Assembly: GCF_006345805.1 (NCBI RefSeq)
Contig: NC_043009.1
Location: 50,220,001-50,284,000 of the forward strand
Length of the DNA stretch: 64,000 nt
Reading direction: 5' to 3'
Source: Octopus sinensis
Taxonomy: Eukaryota
Position 1 is the stretch's first letter. Each line of letters opens with the position of its first letter. The position numbers were made by a program, and so were the translations under genes. Of this stretch, positions 38,833 through 53,089 are shown piece after piece. The notes beneath the pieces are model-generated. The model was not told the origin of the DNA, searched no databases, and saw nothing but the letters and a program-made list of their open reading frames with translations.

Positions 38833-39601
38833 CTATTAAAAACAGTAACATTCTGTTTATCTATTCATGAGATTATGAAGAACTAATTAGAAATACTTGG
38901 AATTAATTAAGTTCTGCAGCAGTTACATGACTTTCTAAAACTGTGTCTGTAGCTTCTTTAAATTGTGTTTTTTAACTTATTCTGTTATTTTATGAGTTTT
39001 TGTTTTATTTTAATTATATTTCTTTAATGTTCTCTTAGTGTTTTATAAATAGATTAAAAATACTATATTTCTACTGTTTAATAAAGTAATGTGTATGTGT
39101 GTATGTATGTGTATGTATGTATGTATGTATGTATGTATGTATGTATGTATGTATGTATGTATGTATGTATGTATGTATGTATGTATGCATGCATGTATGT
39201 ACATATGTATATATGTGTGTGTGTATATATACACACACACACAGAGGCAGAGACAAACAGACATAGATGTATGAAAATGTCACTGTATGTGCACGTGTAT
39301 GTACATTAGTTTTTGTGTGTACGGATATATTTTTTAAGTATACATATGTGCAAATGTCAACATGCCTGAATCTATGAAAGCGATATAGTTTAAATAATAT
39401 GTTAACCTTTTCATTTTTACTTTTTTGTGAAGTTCTTGAATGCAGTAAAATAAAGCTATGTGACTCAGCAATTGTAGTTTTTCCTGGCTTGACTGACAGT
39501 GTTACACTGAGAAAATGTTATCAGCTGACACTAACAGCACCCTAGTTGTTGACACTGATGTTATGATTGCAGCAACTGTATAAAAATTTCAAAAAGGCCA
39601 C

Positions 39602-39688
39602 CTGGATGAATGCCGTGAAGTCATTAGCCAAATCAACTCCAACTTTTCCCTTTTCTACTGTGACAGCAATGTCTTCTACTCCTTGGAG
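39602..39688 (-). CDS. Candidate exon (87 nt, phase 0-0; LQGVEDIAVTVEKGKVGVDLANDFTAFIQ)
   Basis: Tandem acceptors ctaaccag/ctcag (39693 or 39688), donor CAG|gtggcc; protein-like sequence; the other frames have stops. Confidence 0.55.
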
Positions 39689-39720
39689 CTGAGCTGGTTA
39701 GTTTAAAGCAATCTCCACAA

Positions 39721-40149
39721 AGGTGCAGGAGTGGCTGTGTGGTAAGTAGCTTGCTTACCAGCCACATGGTTCCAGGTTCAGTCCCACTGTGTGGCACCTT
39801 GGGCAAGTCTCTTCTACTAAAGCTTCGGGCCGACCAAAGCCTTGTGAGTGGATTTGGTAGACGGAAACTGAGAGAAGCCCGTCGTATATATGTGTATATA
39901 TATATATATGTATGTGTATGCGTGTGTGTTTGTGTGTCTGTGTTTGTCCCCCTAGCATTGCTTGACAACTGATGCTGGTGTGTTTATGTCCCTGTCACTT
40001 AGCGGTTCGGCAAAAGAGACCGATAGAATAAGTACTGGGCTTACAAAGCATAAGTCCCGGGGTCGAGTTGCTCAATTAAAGGTGGTGCTCCAGCATGGCC
40101 GCAGTCAAATGACCGAAACAAGTAAAAGAGTAAAAAGAGTAAGAGTAAA
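39721..40149 (+). mobile_element. Full-length tRNA-derived CORE-like SINE
   Basis: A box TGGCTGTGTGGTAAG, B box GGTTCAGTCCC, CORE-like CCTTGGGCAAGT, internal (TA/TG)n, and a 3' end GCATGGCCGCAGTCAAATGACCGAAACAAG with an (AAGAGT)n tail. Confidence 0.9.
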
Positions 40150-40292
40150 TAAGCAATAAATTTCACAAAGAAATCTGAATGCTAAAGGCTTAAGTTCTGT
40201 CAGGCAGATCAACTGATGATAACCCTATTTGAATACTCAAATTAGTTTACTAATTCAGTCCCACATATAGCTTAAACTACTCTAATGCTTAC

Positions 40293-40320
40293 AGGTTGAA
40301 ATTGTTCAAGAATTCGATTT
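40293..40320 (-). CDS. Candidate 28-nt exon (phase 2-0; NRILEQFQP)
   Basis: Strong acceptor ccccttctctttcttacctttag, donor CCT|gtaagc; in phase with both neighbours. Confidence 0.5.
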
Positions 40321-40613
40321 CTAAAGGTAAGAAAGAGAAGGGGCAAAATATTTCCAATTATATAAATGGAAGGGTGCTGATGAAAAGTAGATAAAACAAA
40401 TGTAACAAACTCAAAGTGAGATTTTGAAACAAAGGTTGTATGGAGACAACCTATAAAGGTCAAAGTTAATTAATGGAAATGCACTGCACATGTCAGCCTT
40501 GGTAATAATATGCTTCATACTTCTTGGTCGAACTCTTGAGTTATAAGAATGAGATGTAACAGTAAAAATATTTGCCCCAACTAATGACTAAATTTGCAAA
40601 TATTGCTAATTCT

Positions 40614-41022
40614 CTCTTTTTACTCTTTTACTTGTTTCAGTCATTTGACTGCGGCCATGCTGGAGCACCGCCTTTAGTTGAGCAAATCGACCCTGGGACT
40701 TATTTTTTGTAAGCCCAGTACTTATTCTATCGGTCTCTTTTGCCGAACCGCTAAGTAACGGGGACGTAAACACACCAGCATCAGTTGTCAAGCAATGCTA
40801 GGGGGACAAACACAGACACACAAACATATACACACACATACATATATATACATATATACGACAGGCTTCTTTCAGTTTCCGTCTACCAAATCCACTCACA
40901 AGGCTTTGGTCAGCCCGAGGCTATAGCAGAAGACACTTGCCCAAGATGCCACGCAGTGGGACTGAACCCAGAACCATGTGGTTGGTTAGCAAGCTACTTA
41001 CCACACAGCCACTCCTGCGCCT
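40614..41022 (-). mobile_element. Full-length CORE-like SINE, inverted relative to 39721-40149
   Basis: Reverse complement of the same family. The ORF-track peptides MTTDAGVF..SGSAKETDRISTGLTK appear on opposite strands at 39962 and 40606. Confidence 0.9.
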
Positions 41023-42583
41023 ATGGAAAATTGTAAAACCTTCTTTTAAATAACTGCTTTTGTTTGTAGCGAGACTAGTTGATAAAAACATGTAGATATT
41101 TAGAGGGAGGACACATCTGGAGCTCTTGAAATTTTTGAACATGATAACTTGACAGGAACAAGGACTGATAAGAACAGCAAAATAGTGTAGTATACATCAC
41201 AGAAGATATTAAATGTTATTTTGATATGATTTCTAATAAAACTAGATTTTTTTAAAGCAAGACATATAATATCTCCAACATACTTCCATCAGACTAAAGC
41301 ATATGAATAGAGAAAACAAAGATGTATATGAACAGTAGAGAAATTGGAAACTGATAATACCACTGAAATTTTCTTAAATATCTTCAACTCTATATTTTAC
41401 ATCAATGTTTATTAAATTACCAAATAGGAACAGTAAATATGAAATCAATTTATCCTATTTATTCATCAGCAATAGCAGCATTAACATTTTTATAACTAAG
41501 ATTCCAGATTAAGATGGATACATTTACCCAGTCACTTCTCTCTCTGTTTTGTCTTGGACCAAATTGATTCTTCTACCAATGTTTCTTCTGATTTTATGTT
41601 TCCTTCTCTCATTACTTCATCTATGATTTAGTTACCTATAACTGACAGCAACCTAAAATTTTTTGTTTTAATTAGAGGAAGGAAAGAAGCCTCATCACCA
41701 TCATGGCATTTGCAGAGCTTCCAGGTTAAGTAAGGGTAAGTGAGGTACAAATTATAACCCATAGATTACTACAGGGAAAAACAGTCCAAAAAGATAGTGA
41801 GTTTATCTTCAGAATGACAAAATCAGGTCCAACCACTCACAGCAAAGTGAATTTTGGTTAAGGGTACCCAAGGAACAGTGGTAGTTCCAAACTCTGCAGT
41901 TGACTAAGTCTGCCAAGTAAGAACTTACACAGTCTGATGGGCCCTTGTACAGTTTTCATCTACTCAAGTTCACCCACTTATTTTGGGTCAAGCCAAGGCT
42001 GTGATAGAAGACACTCACCTAAGACACCACACAGTGGGATCAAACCTAGAGTGTAATATTTAATTACAGATGAAACAGCTGATTATAATAATCTGCAATC
42101 TTTCTAAATCTTTTATTCCTTTCAACATGTTCATTATAGTTCTATAATTGATTTGCAAGCATTATTTAATACTTGGAATTTAGATCAGCCTTCTTAGCTC
42201 CACTTAACCTTATCAGGTCCCTGTATTTTACCCAGCCCAAATTAATAAAATTATCTGCAAACAATTGAACAGGTTTACACTAATGTTAACAGGTAGGTAA
42301 ATTGAATAATTAAGACTGCAATATAATAATTAACTAAAAAGCTCTACAATGAAATCAGATATTCTAAGCAACAACTATCTTGAAAGAAAAATCACTTGTC
42401 ACCAACAAATTCTTAAATGAATTACCAGCTGAAGACAAGTATTATAAAGAATTCATTCAACCTACAAGTCTTTAGTTTTCAAATGAGATCTTGAGTTGAG
42501 AGCAGAGAACCAGTGTAAATAGAACTAATTTAACGTAAGTAATTGCCTTTATCTAATTACTATATGAGATTCTTAGAAATTAC

Positions 42584-42626
42584 CTATTTCCAAAGACAGT
42601 TTGGAATAAATTTGTCAAAGACGGAT
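42584..42626 (-). CDS. Candidate exon (43 nt, phase 1-2; DPSLTNLFQTVFGN)
   Basis: Pyrimidine tract ttttctctgtcttattgtttttctattgaag (AAG acceptor), donor TAG|gtaatt; joins 47142-47197 to give EPIDPSL. Confidence 0.45.
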
Positions 42627-44299
42627 CTTCAATAGAAAAACAATAAGACAGAGAAAATAAGCGTGTAGTAAAGAATCAGGAAGATAATAGTAGAATGAAT
42701 TGATATTTTCTATGTTAGGAATTCAGAACAAAAATCTGAGAACACTTAGCATCATTATGGTTTTATATTCTTATATTGTAAGTTTTATAAGAGGTGCAAA
42801 AGAGATCAATATTTGTTAGTTGATATTTAGTAGTTAACCAGATTATTGATGGTCTTTGATCTTGAATTATATGAAAGTAAATAAATACAAAAATAATATT
42901 TTCTATATTATTACAAAATAAAAAGTAGATATATATATATTCATGGCCATGTAGTTAAGAAGTTCGCTTTACAGTTATGTGATTGTAGGTTTGATCCCTA
43001 AATTTAACAGCTTGGGTGAGTATTCTCATCCAAAGCTTTATGAATGAAATTTAATAGAAATAAATGATGCAGAAATCCATCATTGTACATATATGCAAAT
43101 GTGTTTACAGTGACATAGAATAAATAAAATTAGTGAGTCAAACAAAAAGTCTCATGATATTTAGTTCTATTTATGTCTCTGCTAATAATTTTTTTATGAG
43201 ATCGATAAAATCCAGACCAGAAAATTAGCTGAGTCAATATAATTGACTAAAAACCTTGAAGGTGGCACCCTAGAATAGCCACAGTCCAAAGACTAAAATC
43301 ATCGTCCTCATCATCTTCATCATTTGACGCCTGCTTTCCATGCTAGCATGGGTTTTGATGGTTTAACTGAGGACTGGCAAGCCAGAAGGCTGCACCAGGC
43401 TCCATAAATAGATAAAATAATTTCAGAGAGATTTCTTGTCTTCTGTTTATTTAACAGCAAAGATATTTGAGAGCTAGACACTTGATTAATAGAAATCATT
43501 GATTCACGGATCAAATTCCATTTTGACTGACTTTCACCTCACTAGGATCAATAATACAAGTACCAGTAATATACTAATTCAGATGAACTGAAAACAGATT
43601 ATAGTCACTTTAGAATCTTCTAATCAAAAACAAGTCAATATTTCAGAAATTAATTACACAGTTAATTAGGCAATATAGATGAATTCATGTTATCTTAAGT
43701 ATTATTAAAGAGAAATTACAAATAAACATCAAGTATATTTGTGATGTAACAAAACTTTTCAAAATATACAGAATAATACTGTTGCTATGGTAATCCAATT
43801 TTATCCAACTAATCCTTTATTAGTTGAAGAAAATAGAAACTAATCTTACTAATCTTATCTGTTGGTAATTGGTAACTAAAATAATTAAATGTCTTTGATA
43901 TATTTGAAACAGGAGATCAGTAAAACTGGTCAAATGTCATACAAACTGGCTGGTAACTTTACAATTTGAGTTCAAATGCTACCTTGGATTTTAATTGCCT
44001 ATCAGGGACAGATTTGCCTATCATCTGTACCCACCTTCTAAAATATGTGGCTAATATTAAAAATCAATATATTTAACAGTTAAAAATTAAAGCAAAATAT
44101 ATAGGAGACAGGATTAATGGATTACAGGAATAACATCTTTGTAGATTTAAATATATTTTCTCCCCTTTAGAAAAAGCAAGGTGATTCAGGAAGTTAACTC
44201 AGAAATTCAACTTATTAACTGTCACATACATACCATTCACAACTAAACCATTTGCTTATATTGTTGCAGCATGACAAGAAAGCATATTTTTATATCAAC

Positions 44300-44660
<361 letters not shown>

Positions 44661-45265
44661 GATAACTATAGACAGAGAGGGGGAGAGAGAGTGTGAAAAC
44701 TAGCTGTTACATTTTCATAGAACTCTTCTCTCTTCTAAGTGTATCTTAAATAGCTGATCAGTTCCTTTGAAGTACATCATTAAAAATAAATGATCAATCG
44801 GGATTCTCTCTGTGGCGATATGCCAAATAGATAACCTCTCAGATTATTATTGTCATTATTATTATCATCATCATCATCATCATTATTATCATTAACATAC
44901 ATTTGATGCACATATCTAGTTTAGTATTCCAGTATCCTGTGTTCAAATTCTGCCAGACCAATTTCAGTTTACCTTCTCATTAAAAAGCAGTAATATACAG
45001 GTTTTTTCCCCCCTATTATCTTCTTTGATTTTTTTTTTGACAATTTCAAGAAGAAAGGGCTTTACTCATGGCCTTTGCAGCACATCCCCTGAGACTGGTT
45101 TGGATCAACATATTTGATGATCCTTTTGAATAGCTGCATATTGATGGATGCAGGAAAAGCAAGAGTAGATAGAAAATTGGCTGGGAGGAGAGATGGGGAG
45201 GAAAGACCCAAGAAAAAGTGTTTAGAGTAAGGCAAGGTAGATGATATAATATGGATGATGATAGA

Positions 45266-45306
<41 letters not shown>

Positions 45307-45554
45307 GAGTCAGGTGAACCTAAATGGAAGTGGAACAAGGTTATCTAAATCCCAAAACAGAGACTACTTTAATAGCAGCAGAAAAAGTAGAGTGAGGAGA
45401 AAGTACATTAGGTTTATTATATGTTTTCCCCACTAGGAGATGGTCCACCTACCTAAACAAAAGAAATCCTTATTATTACTAACATCTGTTATTCTCATAC
45501 TGAGTAACGTTGTACTTTTTGACATACTAGTATACCAATCACAATACTCATTAT

Positions 45555-45735
45555 CATCATTGCTTGGCATCTGTTTTCCATGCTGGTAAGGGTAGGACAG
45601 TTTGACAGGAGCTGGCTAGCTGGGGAGCTGTCCAGACTCCAATTGTCTGTTGTGGCATGGTCTCTATGGCTGGATGTCCTCGCTAATGCCAACCACTTCA
45701 CATAGTGTGTGGGATGTTTTTTACGTGCCACTATA
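45555..45735 (-). mobile_element. RTE-type 3' tail fragment
   Basis: Reverse complement of the GGTTGGCATTAGCGAGGACATCCAGCCATAGA...CATGGAAAACAGATGCCAAGCAATGATG tail family. Confidence 0.65.
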
Positions 45736-45989
45736 TTCAAACATTATTTCTATTAATTTGTCCTCGTCCATATCTCAAGGATTTGTCAAAAGCTGTTTCC
45801 AGGTGTTTGTAGCTGTGCTGTGTTATTATGATCACAAAGTGCAGTTGAATTGTTGAAGGAGGCTGAACTTGAAATTTTGGACAGATTGCGGAATGTGGAT
45901 TTGAAGAGGAAGAATTCAATGAAGTGCTTTGTTAAAGAAGAGTAACACACCAAATAAAAATAGAAGAGTGATACAAATAATATTGGTTT

Positions 45990-46140
45990 CAAATTTTGGC
46001 ACAAGGCCAGCAATTGGGGGGGGGGCTAAATCAATTTCATTGATCCCAGTGTTCAACTGGTACTTTTCTATTGAACCGGAAAGGAACATAGAGACAGATA
46101 AAATGCCACTAAGTATTTTGCCTGGCATGCTAATGATTGT
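45990..46140 (-). mobile_element. Deu/Nin-like SINE fragment
   Basis: GGCACAAGGCCAGCAATTGGGG...GATCCCAGTGTTCAACTGGTACTT...ATGCCACTAAGTATTTTGCCTGGCATGCTAA, the same family as 26334-26549. Confidence 0.7.
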
Positions 46141-47141
46141 TAAAATTAATATTAATAATCTTAATGTAATGAAGTTAACAGCTGAAGTAGGTTGTGAGCA
46201 GTAACAAATGAGAGATGGATTTTCTGCTTATCTTTTAGTAGAAGAAGACTTGCAGAAAGCAAGAAACTTGAGCATACATTTTAGTCAAAAATCAAAAATA
46301 GTAGTGTCCCACTAAACATTGACCTCCTGACACACAGTCATCATCCTTGTTTGATGATCACTGAAGAATTTGTACATTTAGTGTGTCAAAGAAGAAAGAT
46401 GACTCTCCAAACTGTTTGTTGTTCACGGAAACATCTCTCAGTCACAAGCTCAGAACCAAAAGATTTTTGTTTGAAAAAGTTCATGCTTTCTCAAAGGGCA
46501 TCAGTAATTTAAGTGAAATGGAATCACTAAACAAAAAATATTGGAGGTGAATCAGAGACCAAACAAATTCACCAAAGGTTGACATCTCCCTTATAGTGTG
46601 TTTATGTCAAATAATCACAACCTCATTAAAAAATGAAATTTATTGGTGAAATGTAAGTAAATGTGTTAGTAAGAGACTAAAGGTCAATTTGGTATGTCAG
46701 CTATCTGAGACCAATAAAATACTGATGTTCCTGTATTTTCATAATCCTTTTAGAGCAAATGTTGGGACCACAAGTGGCATAAACATCTATTTTCAGAGTC
46801 TTCGGAATTAATTCTGACAGCATGAAACTAAAATAGATCTTTAGTCATAACAGAAAAAAACAACATCAACAACAAAAAGGATGATAAATAAATAAAATAA
46901 ATAAACTCAGGACTGAAAGCAAAAAACAAGCAAGGTTGACAAACAACCAATGCTAGAGCTCTTTCTGTAATGTCTAGCTATTTTCTCAATTATGATTAAT
47001 AACAAAAGGTAACACATACACACACACACATTTTCCAAAGACATAAAATAAATATGAAACAAAATCAATAAAAACAAAAAGCATAAATATTAATAAAATA
47101 AAATAAAAAATATACATTGTTTTAGGACATTAAATCTACAC

Positions 47142-47197
47142 CTATGGGTTCATTCAGGTTTGTAAACCACACAACTCTTTCTTCTCCATCGCCAGTA
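47142..47197 (-). CDS. Candidate exon (56 nt, phase 2-1; TGDGEERVVWFTNLNEPI)
   Basis: Very strong acceptor tttttttattatcttcttttttatataacag, donor TAG|gtgtag; the other frames hit stops before the donor. Confidence 0.55.
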
Positions 47198-48997
47198 CTG
47201 TTATATAAAAAAGAAGATAATAAAAAAATAAATTATAAATTATCGCCATTTTTATTTTGTAAACATCAAAGAACTTCATTATAATGGATGTAATTTGATT
47301 TTGGCAATAAAACACCACAGTTCCTTCAGTTCATTTGATATTTTTCACCTTTTATTTTTGGTTGCAACATTATTTTGAATTGATTTGTTGATTGAAATCT
47401 ATCCAAAGCTAGTGCATCTAACTGTTGATATTAGATTTATTGGTGTGTAAGTTCAGTAGATAAAGGGTAAAGCTTCATTTTTAGATATATTGATGGATCA
47501 GGTAAAGTCACTTGACCAGAATAGCATTATATTTTGTTGATGTATTGCATACAAGAAAGAATGTTTTGGTTACGTATCTGTTATCTCGTAAACATTCCTC
47601 TATAAGACAATGGTATAAACAATTCTACTTTGTTTGAAGAAACACACAGACATTAAAACATTAAGAAGGTAGCTTCAAACATTTCTAAACTTTAGGCATA
47701 GATGGTTATGATCCTTATATTAATAAAACTACATATCCTACATATACAGAGCATAACCACTTCCCCGATAATAACAAGGTTATTATTCTTTTCTACTAAC
47801 TTCTTTCTTACAAACTAAAACCTTAGTCTTTCATAAGTTCAATTTAGTAATTGCTAGGTTTTACTTTATATTACAGTATACCATCATATATACTCTAAGT
47901 CAATCAGTAAATTTATTTCAAGTAAATGGTAAAATTATACTTGGCATATGTTAGTCCTTGTAAAATAACTGGCACCTAATGAATGTGACATTTATGCTAT
48001 AGCCAGTTTCATAGGCAATTAACAGGATTTTTCTATAATTTCAAATGAAATGGTTTTAATTTTAAAAATCAACCACAATTAAAGGACATATTGGGGCAAT
48101 AAACTTTTAGTGGTAACTACCAGAGTTTAAAACATCTTTGTGACTATTGGAACATCATTCTTATCACCACTTTTTTAATCTTAAGAACTTTAAGGTTGTG
48201 AGTGCTAACTTTGGTTTCACACATACACACATACATAGCAAAACATACTCAAAACACATGCATCTATCTTGCTAAAAACTTTTCTCCACTGAACCAAACC
48301 TAACGCAGCTGTGAAATATTGCAGGCAGTTTTATACAGTGAATATAGCTCAAAACTTATGAAAATTCTGTAGTCAGATATATATTCAGTCACTTTATTCC
48401 TTGACATATGTGTGGCATAAACTTAGGAATAAACATGCATGCAGACAAGCTCACTTACTCAAAAATACTCTGTACCTCTCATTATGTGTCTGACTGCCTT
48501 GTGGTATTTTTTTAAAAATAAATATATATATATTGTTAGAATAGGATTGTCAGTCTGAAAATTTATAGAATCGCACAATTTTTCATAGAGGTATTTTCAT
48601 TGAAGACCTTTCCTAACATCAACAAAGTTTTTTTTAAAGACAACTACCCAAACTAAGAGAAATTATATTATAGTATATAATTAATCACCTTTCACTTAAT
48701 CACTAATTGCTAAGCAACAAATTATATAAAAATAAAGAAAGAAAATGAAAAATAAGATTTCCAAGAGATAGCAAAACAAAAGACTTCGAAAGGGATTCAA
48801 TTGAAGGATAGATATCAAATTTATTGAGCCATTTTAGTGTCTGGAAGAGATTGGTTTGTTCCCATTAGTTTCAAATTAATTACTAACAATAAATTTATTG
48901 ATGAGTAGCAAATTATTATTGGGAGTTGTGAAGTAGGTAGACAGCAACAACAACAACAACATTAAAAAACACAACTAAACAACTGAAAAAGCAAACA

Positions 48998-49332
<335 letters not shown>

Positions 49333-50328
49333 CACACCACACACGTATGTAGAGAGAGAGAATAAGAGAGAGAAGGGGCGAAGGGAGGGCAGTAATAATA
49401 AAAGTGAGGGAATATAAAACAATGATGCTTTGATCAGTTCATCTTTGTGTTCCTTGATCAAGTAGAAGCTGGTAAAAGAAGGTCAATAATATTTATATTG
49501 TTTGGAGGAGATTTGATGATAGATTTCTATATAGTAGAGTTGACATCAATAATAACAAGTCTATTTATGTGTATATACAGCAAAATTGATGGTGGTCACT
49601 GACATAACAAAAGAAACATTATATACTGATTCTCTTGATTTGCATGTTGAAGAGAAAAGTGAAACCAGATAGTTAGATCTGATGATCTAAGGCTAATAAA
49701 CTTAACAAAGTACAGGAATAACCTCCTATTCTACATTGTTCAAAATAGACGTAAAACCGTACTTGTTGAATATGATGATGATGATGATGATGATGAAGAT
49801 GATGATGATGACAGATCATCATCTTTATCATCATGTTGTTGATTCTGGTGTTGATTAACCTCAGTCTACCATTATCCAACAGATCAATGATCAAAAACAT
49901 TCCATCTAAGACTGTCTTTCATTTCATACCTTGTGTACCTAGAACTACATCATTGAATGTGTCATACCATTTTTTTATTAAATGGTAAAGAGGCTACTAT
50001 TTCTAGCATGTTGATAGAAGATTTGACTGCTATTTCTAGCATATTGACAGGTTACATAGAGGCTCCTTGATGTTGATGATGATGATGAGTCTCATAATAA
50101 AACTGATGAAATACGGAGTATGAGGAAGTTAATAATGATGTAGAAAAAAATATTTAAAGTTTAGTTCAAAACCGTGGTAAACTTACACCACAATCTTTTC
50201 CACTCTTTCTTTTTGAACATTTTCTAAATTCTACAAGAAGTAAAAGTTTAAATTAAAATAAAAATAAACTATTGCATACACTTTCAGAACCAGAAAGCTA
50301 TATAGCGACAAAACGCATAGCCCTTCAC

Positions 50329-50350
50329 CCACAAAGACAGCCATTGCTAA
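50329..50350 (-). CDS. Candidate 22-nt microexon (phase 1-2; SNGCLC)
   Basis: Acceptor cttatctcctatggcag, donor GG|gtgaag; chosen partly because it bridges phases, so support is weak. Confidence 0.2.
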
Positions 50351-52360
50351 CTGCCATAGGAGATAAGAATCATTTGTAAATGGCTTGTTGGGGTGGTTAA
50401 GAAATGTTAAGCAAATTTACAGGGAATGCGAAGGAGTGAAAAATGATCTCAGAGATCTAATTTGTCAAAATCCCTGTCATTCTTTTACAAGGCCTAGTTT
50501 GTGACACATAATTTCAGATAAACAAAACCATTCTTCACATGAATAGCAGAATTTCGACAGTAATTTCACTAAGAGGCAGCACAATAAATTTTAATAAACA
50601 AGAGACAAGTTTCCAACTGGATAGAGAACACTGATTTCTGTCATAGCTGACTTTCTTTACTGGAGAAATTAAACTCAACAGTGAAATGCAACAAAATATT
50701 TATGAATTCCAGTGCTGCAACTATTTAGAGTAGTAAATAACATCATATACCAAGCTTATGGTATCTATTTGGAGTTAAGTAGATTTAACTATTAAGAGCT
50801 AAGTGTCTTTGCCACAGACACAGAATTGGTGATACTATGCACTGAACAGTACTGAGTACTGTTCTACAGATGCACATAACTAAGCTTAAACAAAAACTGC
50901 TATCAATCGTTTTGCAAAATTTACCGATATATAAATGCAGTGAGACCATTTTCTTTTTGGATAAAAATCTTATGATTATTTTTGTTTAGCCACAGATCAA
51001 CCTTAATTAACAAGCCTATAATCAAAAGCATTCCAGTTATGCCCATCTCATCTTTTGGTGGGGTATCTAAGGCTACATAATTCAATGAGTTCTTCTTCAT
51101 TAAGATGGTGGCATGTGATTTGAGTGAGATTCTGACTATTATTTCTGGCAAGCAGAACTATCACACAGAGACTCCTTCATTGGCTCGTAAAATACTATGA
51201 TGAGTGGGAGGTATTTGTGTTCAGTGCAAAATATTAAACCTTGAGAAAACTTGTAGAGAGTTGTAGAGACATGTATATATATAGTCAAATGAATCAGACT
51301 CTGCTGCATATAAATGAGATGTGCTTTATTGACCCCAGGGATGATGGTCATCCAAATTGACTTTAATGGGGTTGGAACTCAGAACTTAGATACATGAAAG
51401 ATATTTTTGATAAATAGTGTGTGTGAATGCATGTTTATTTGTGTGTGCATGTGTGTGTGTGTGTGTGTGGGTATGTGTGTATGCACATACACAAATATAT
51501 ACACATACAGACACACATGCATATGTCTATGTCATATATATGTAGATTCACCTAATGACCAACTGGATTGCTTTTAATGATGAATTTAAAATTAAGATAA
51601 TAAAAATGTAATACATAAACAAAATATAAATATATCACTGTATGTATAAGTCTGTATATGCCATTGTTATTTAGCCTCAGAGAGCGCTGACTGAGAAGAC
51701 ATTATTAGATATGTTCCACTAATGACTATCCAATAATTTTAGACAATACATTATTTTAGATAATGCATTAGTAATTTTTAAATAATACATTAATATAATC
51801 ATATCTATGATTATATTATCCAATATATCATGTCTCTCAAAGGAGGTTTAGTTACTATTTCTAACACGTCAAACCAACTACATAGAAGATCTCTCGCTGT
51901 AACTGATAATAAAAGATGTGCAAGTAATACTGAAAGGAACTCATTCACAAGTTAAAAAATAGTGAATCAGTAAAAAAAATAATTGAAACATTATCAAGAT
52001 GAAGTCCCCAACTTTCGCATTGTTGACACAGAGAGCTGGACTGTAAATGTAATAATGGAACAGGTGGATGAAAAAGAATTGATTACAATCTATTGCTGGC
52101 TGCCACTTTCTTTCTCAATTCAGAGAATTCAATGTAAATAAACACAAGCTATGTCTAGAAACTGGGAGTTTATATTTTTGGGGTTCTCTTTTTGTTTTCT
52201 ATGCTAAATTTTCTGATTTTCTGTGAAATCTAAAATAAATTTCAATAAACAAGTAAATAAGATAAAACTAGACATAAATCTTTCTTTGTTTCACTGAACT
52301 TGTGTTAGCAAGACAAAAAAAAAAACAAAGAAACAAAAACAAAACTCCCATAAACTGTAC

Positions 52361-52397
52361 CTGAGGTTATCCTATATATCAATGTCACAAAGTGTGC
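52361..52397 (-). CDS. Candidate exon (37 nt, phase 0-1; AHFVTLIYRITS)
   Basis: Pyrimidine tract with an AAG acceptor, donor CAG|gtacag; only one frame is open. Confidence 0.3.
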
Positions 52398-53057
52398 CTT
52401 TGAAGCAAATAAAAGCCAGTGTAGGAGAAGAGGAGATTAGGTCTTAATTTTTTTTTTTTCTTGATAGCTCTAGAGAGGTTAGACTTGGTAAAAATAGATA
52501 AATAAATAATTTCATAAGAGATGAAGAGAAAAATAGTTTCTTGTATTGTGGAAAGGAGGAATGTAACAATGTAATGTTACATGTCTTCTAGCTTCAATAA
52601 ATAACATACAGGGTATGCTAATGTAGATATGTGGAGAGTAACAAAGCTGTAATGGAAAAAAAGAGGTTTGGTTATGGTTTGTGACTGAAATTTAAATGTC
52701 GGGTTGGTCATACTCAACAGAGTTTTGAAAAGTCATCTATTACATATTTTTCTATTTTATTTTATTTTATCTTATTTTTTTGTGTTTTTGTGTGTGATTT
52801 CTTTTAACCTATTCCCACTACCTCTGTACTTGGAATTTCATTTTACACTGAAGAAGGTCATGAAAGTAGTGAGCCACTAACGAGCTAGTATTTGCTCATG
52901 GTCTTTTTTTTCTATTCACACCATCTAACAGGCAGATATTGTATTTACCATTTTGTCTGCAGGCAACATAGCAGCAGAATTAACCCTGAATCCAAATCAG
53001 GAATCTAACAATGTTTGACCAAGTGATTCATGCCAAGAACTTTCTATAATAACTTAC

Positions 53058-53089
53058 TTTACTACACACAACAATCTCTACTCTATAAC
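53058..53089 (-). CDS. Candidate exon (32 nt, phase 1-0; YRVEIVVCSK)
   Basis: Acceptor tttttcttactgtttgcag, perfect donor AAA|gtaagt; only one frame is open. Confidence 0.45.

Noticed and set aside
45780-45945. Plus-strand peptide SAVELLKEAELEILDRLRNVDLKRKNSMKCFVKEE
   Set aside because: Bounded by stops, wedged between two repeats, with no consistent splice sites or recognisable family.
52848-52895. CTGAAGAAGG...GCC...GAGCTAGTA, a possible third hammerhead
   Set aside because: No GAAA after a credible stem II (it reads ACTAAC) and no stem I; at best a dead relic.
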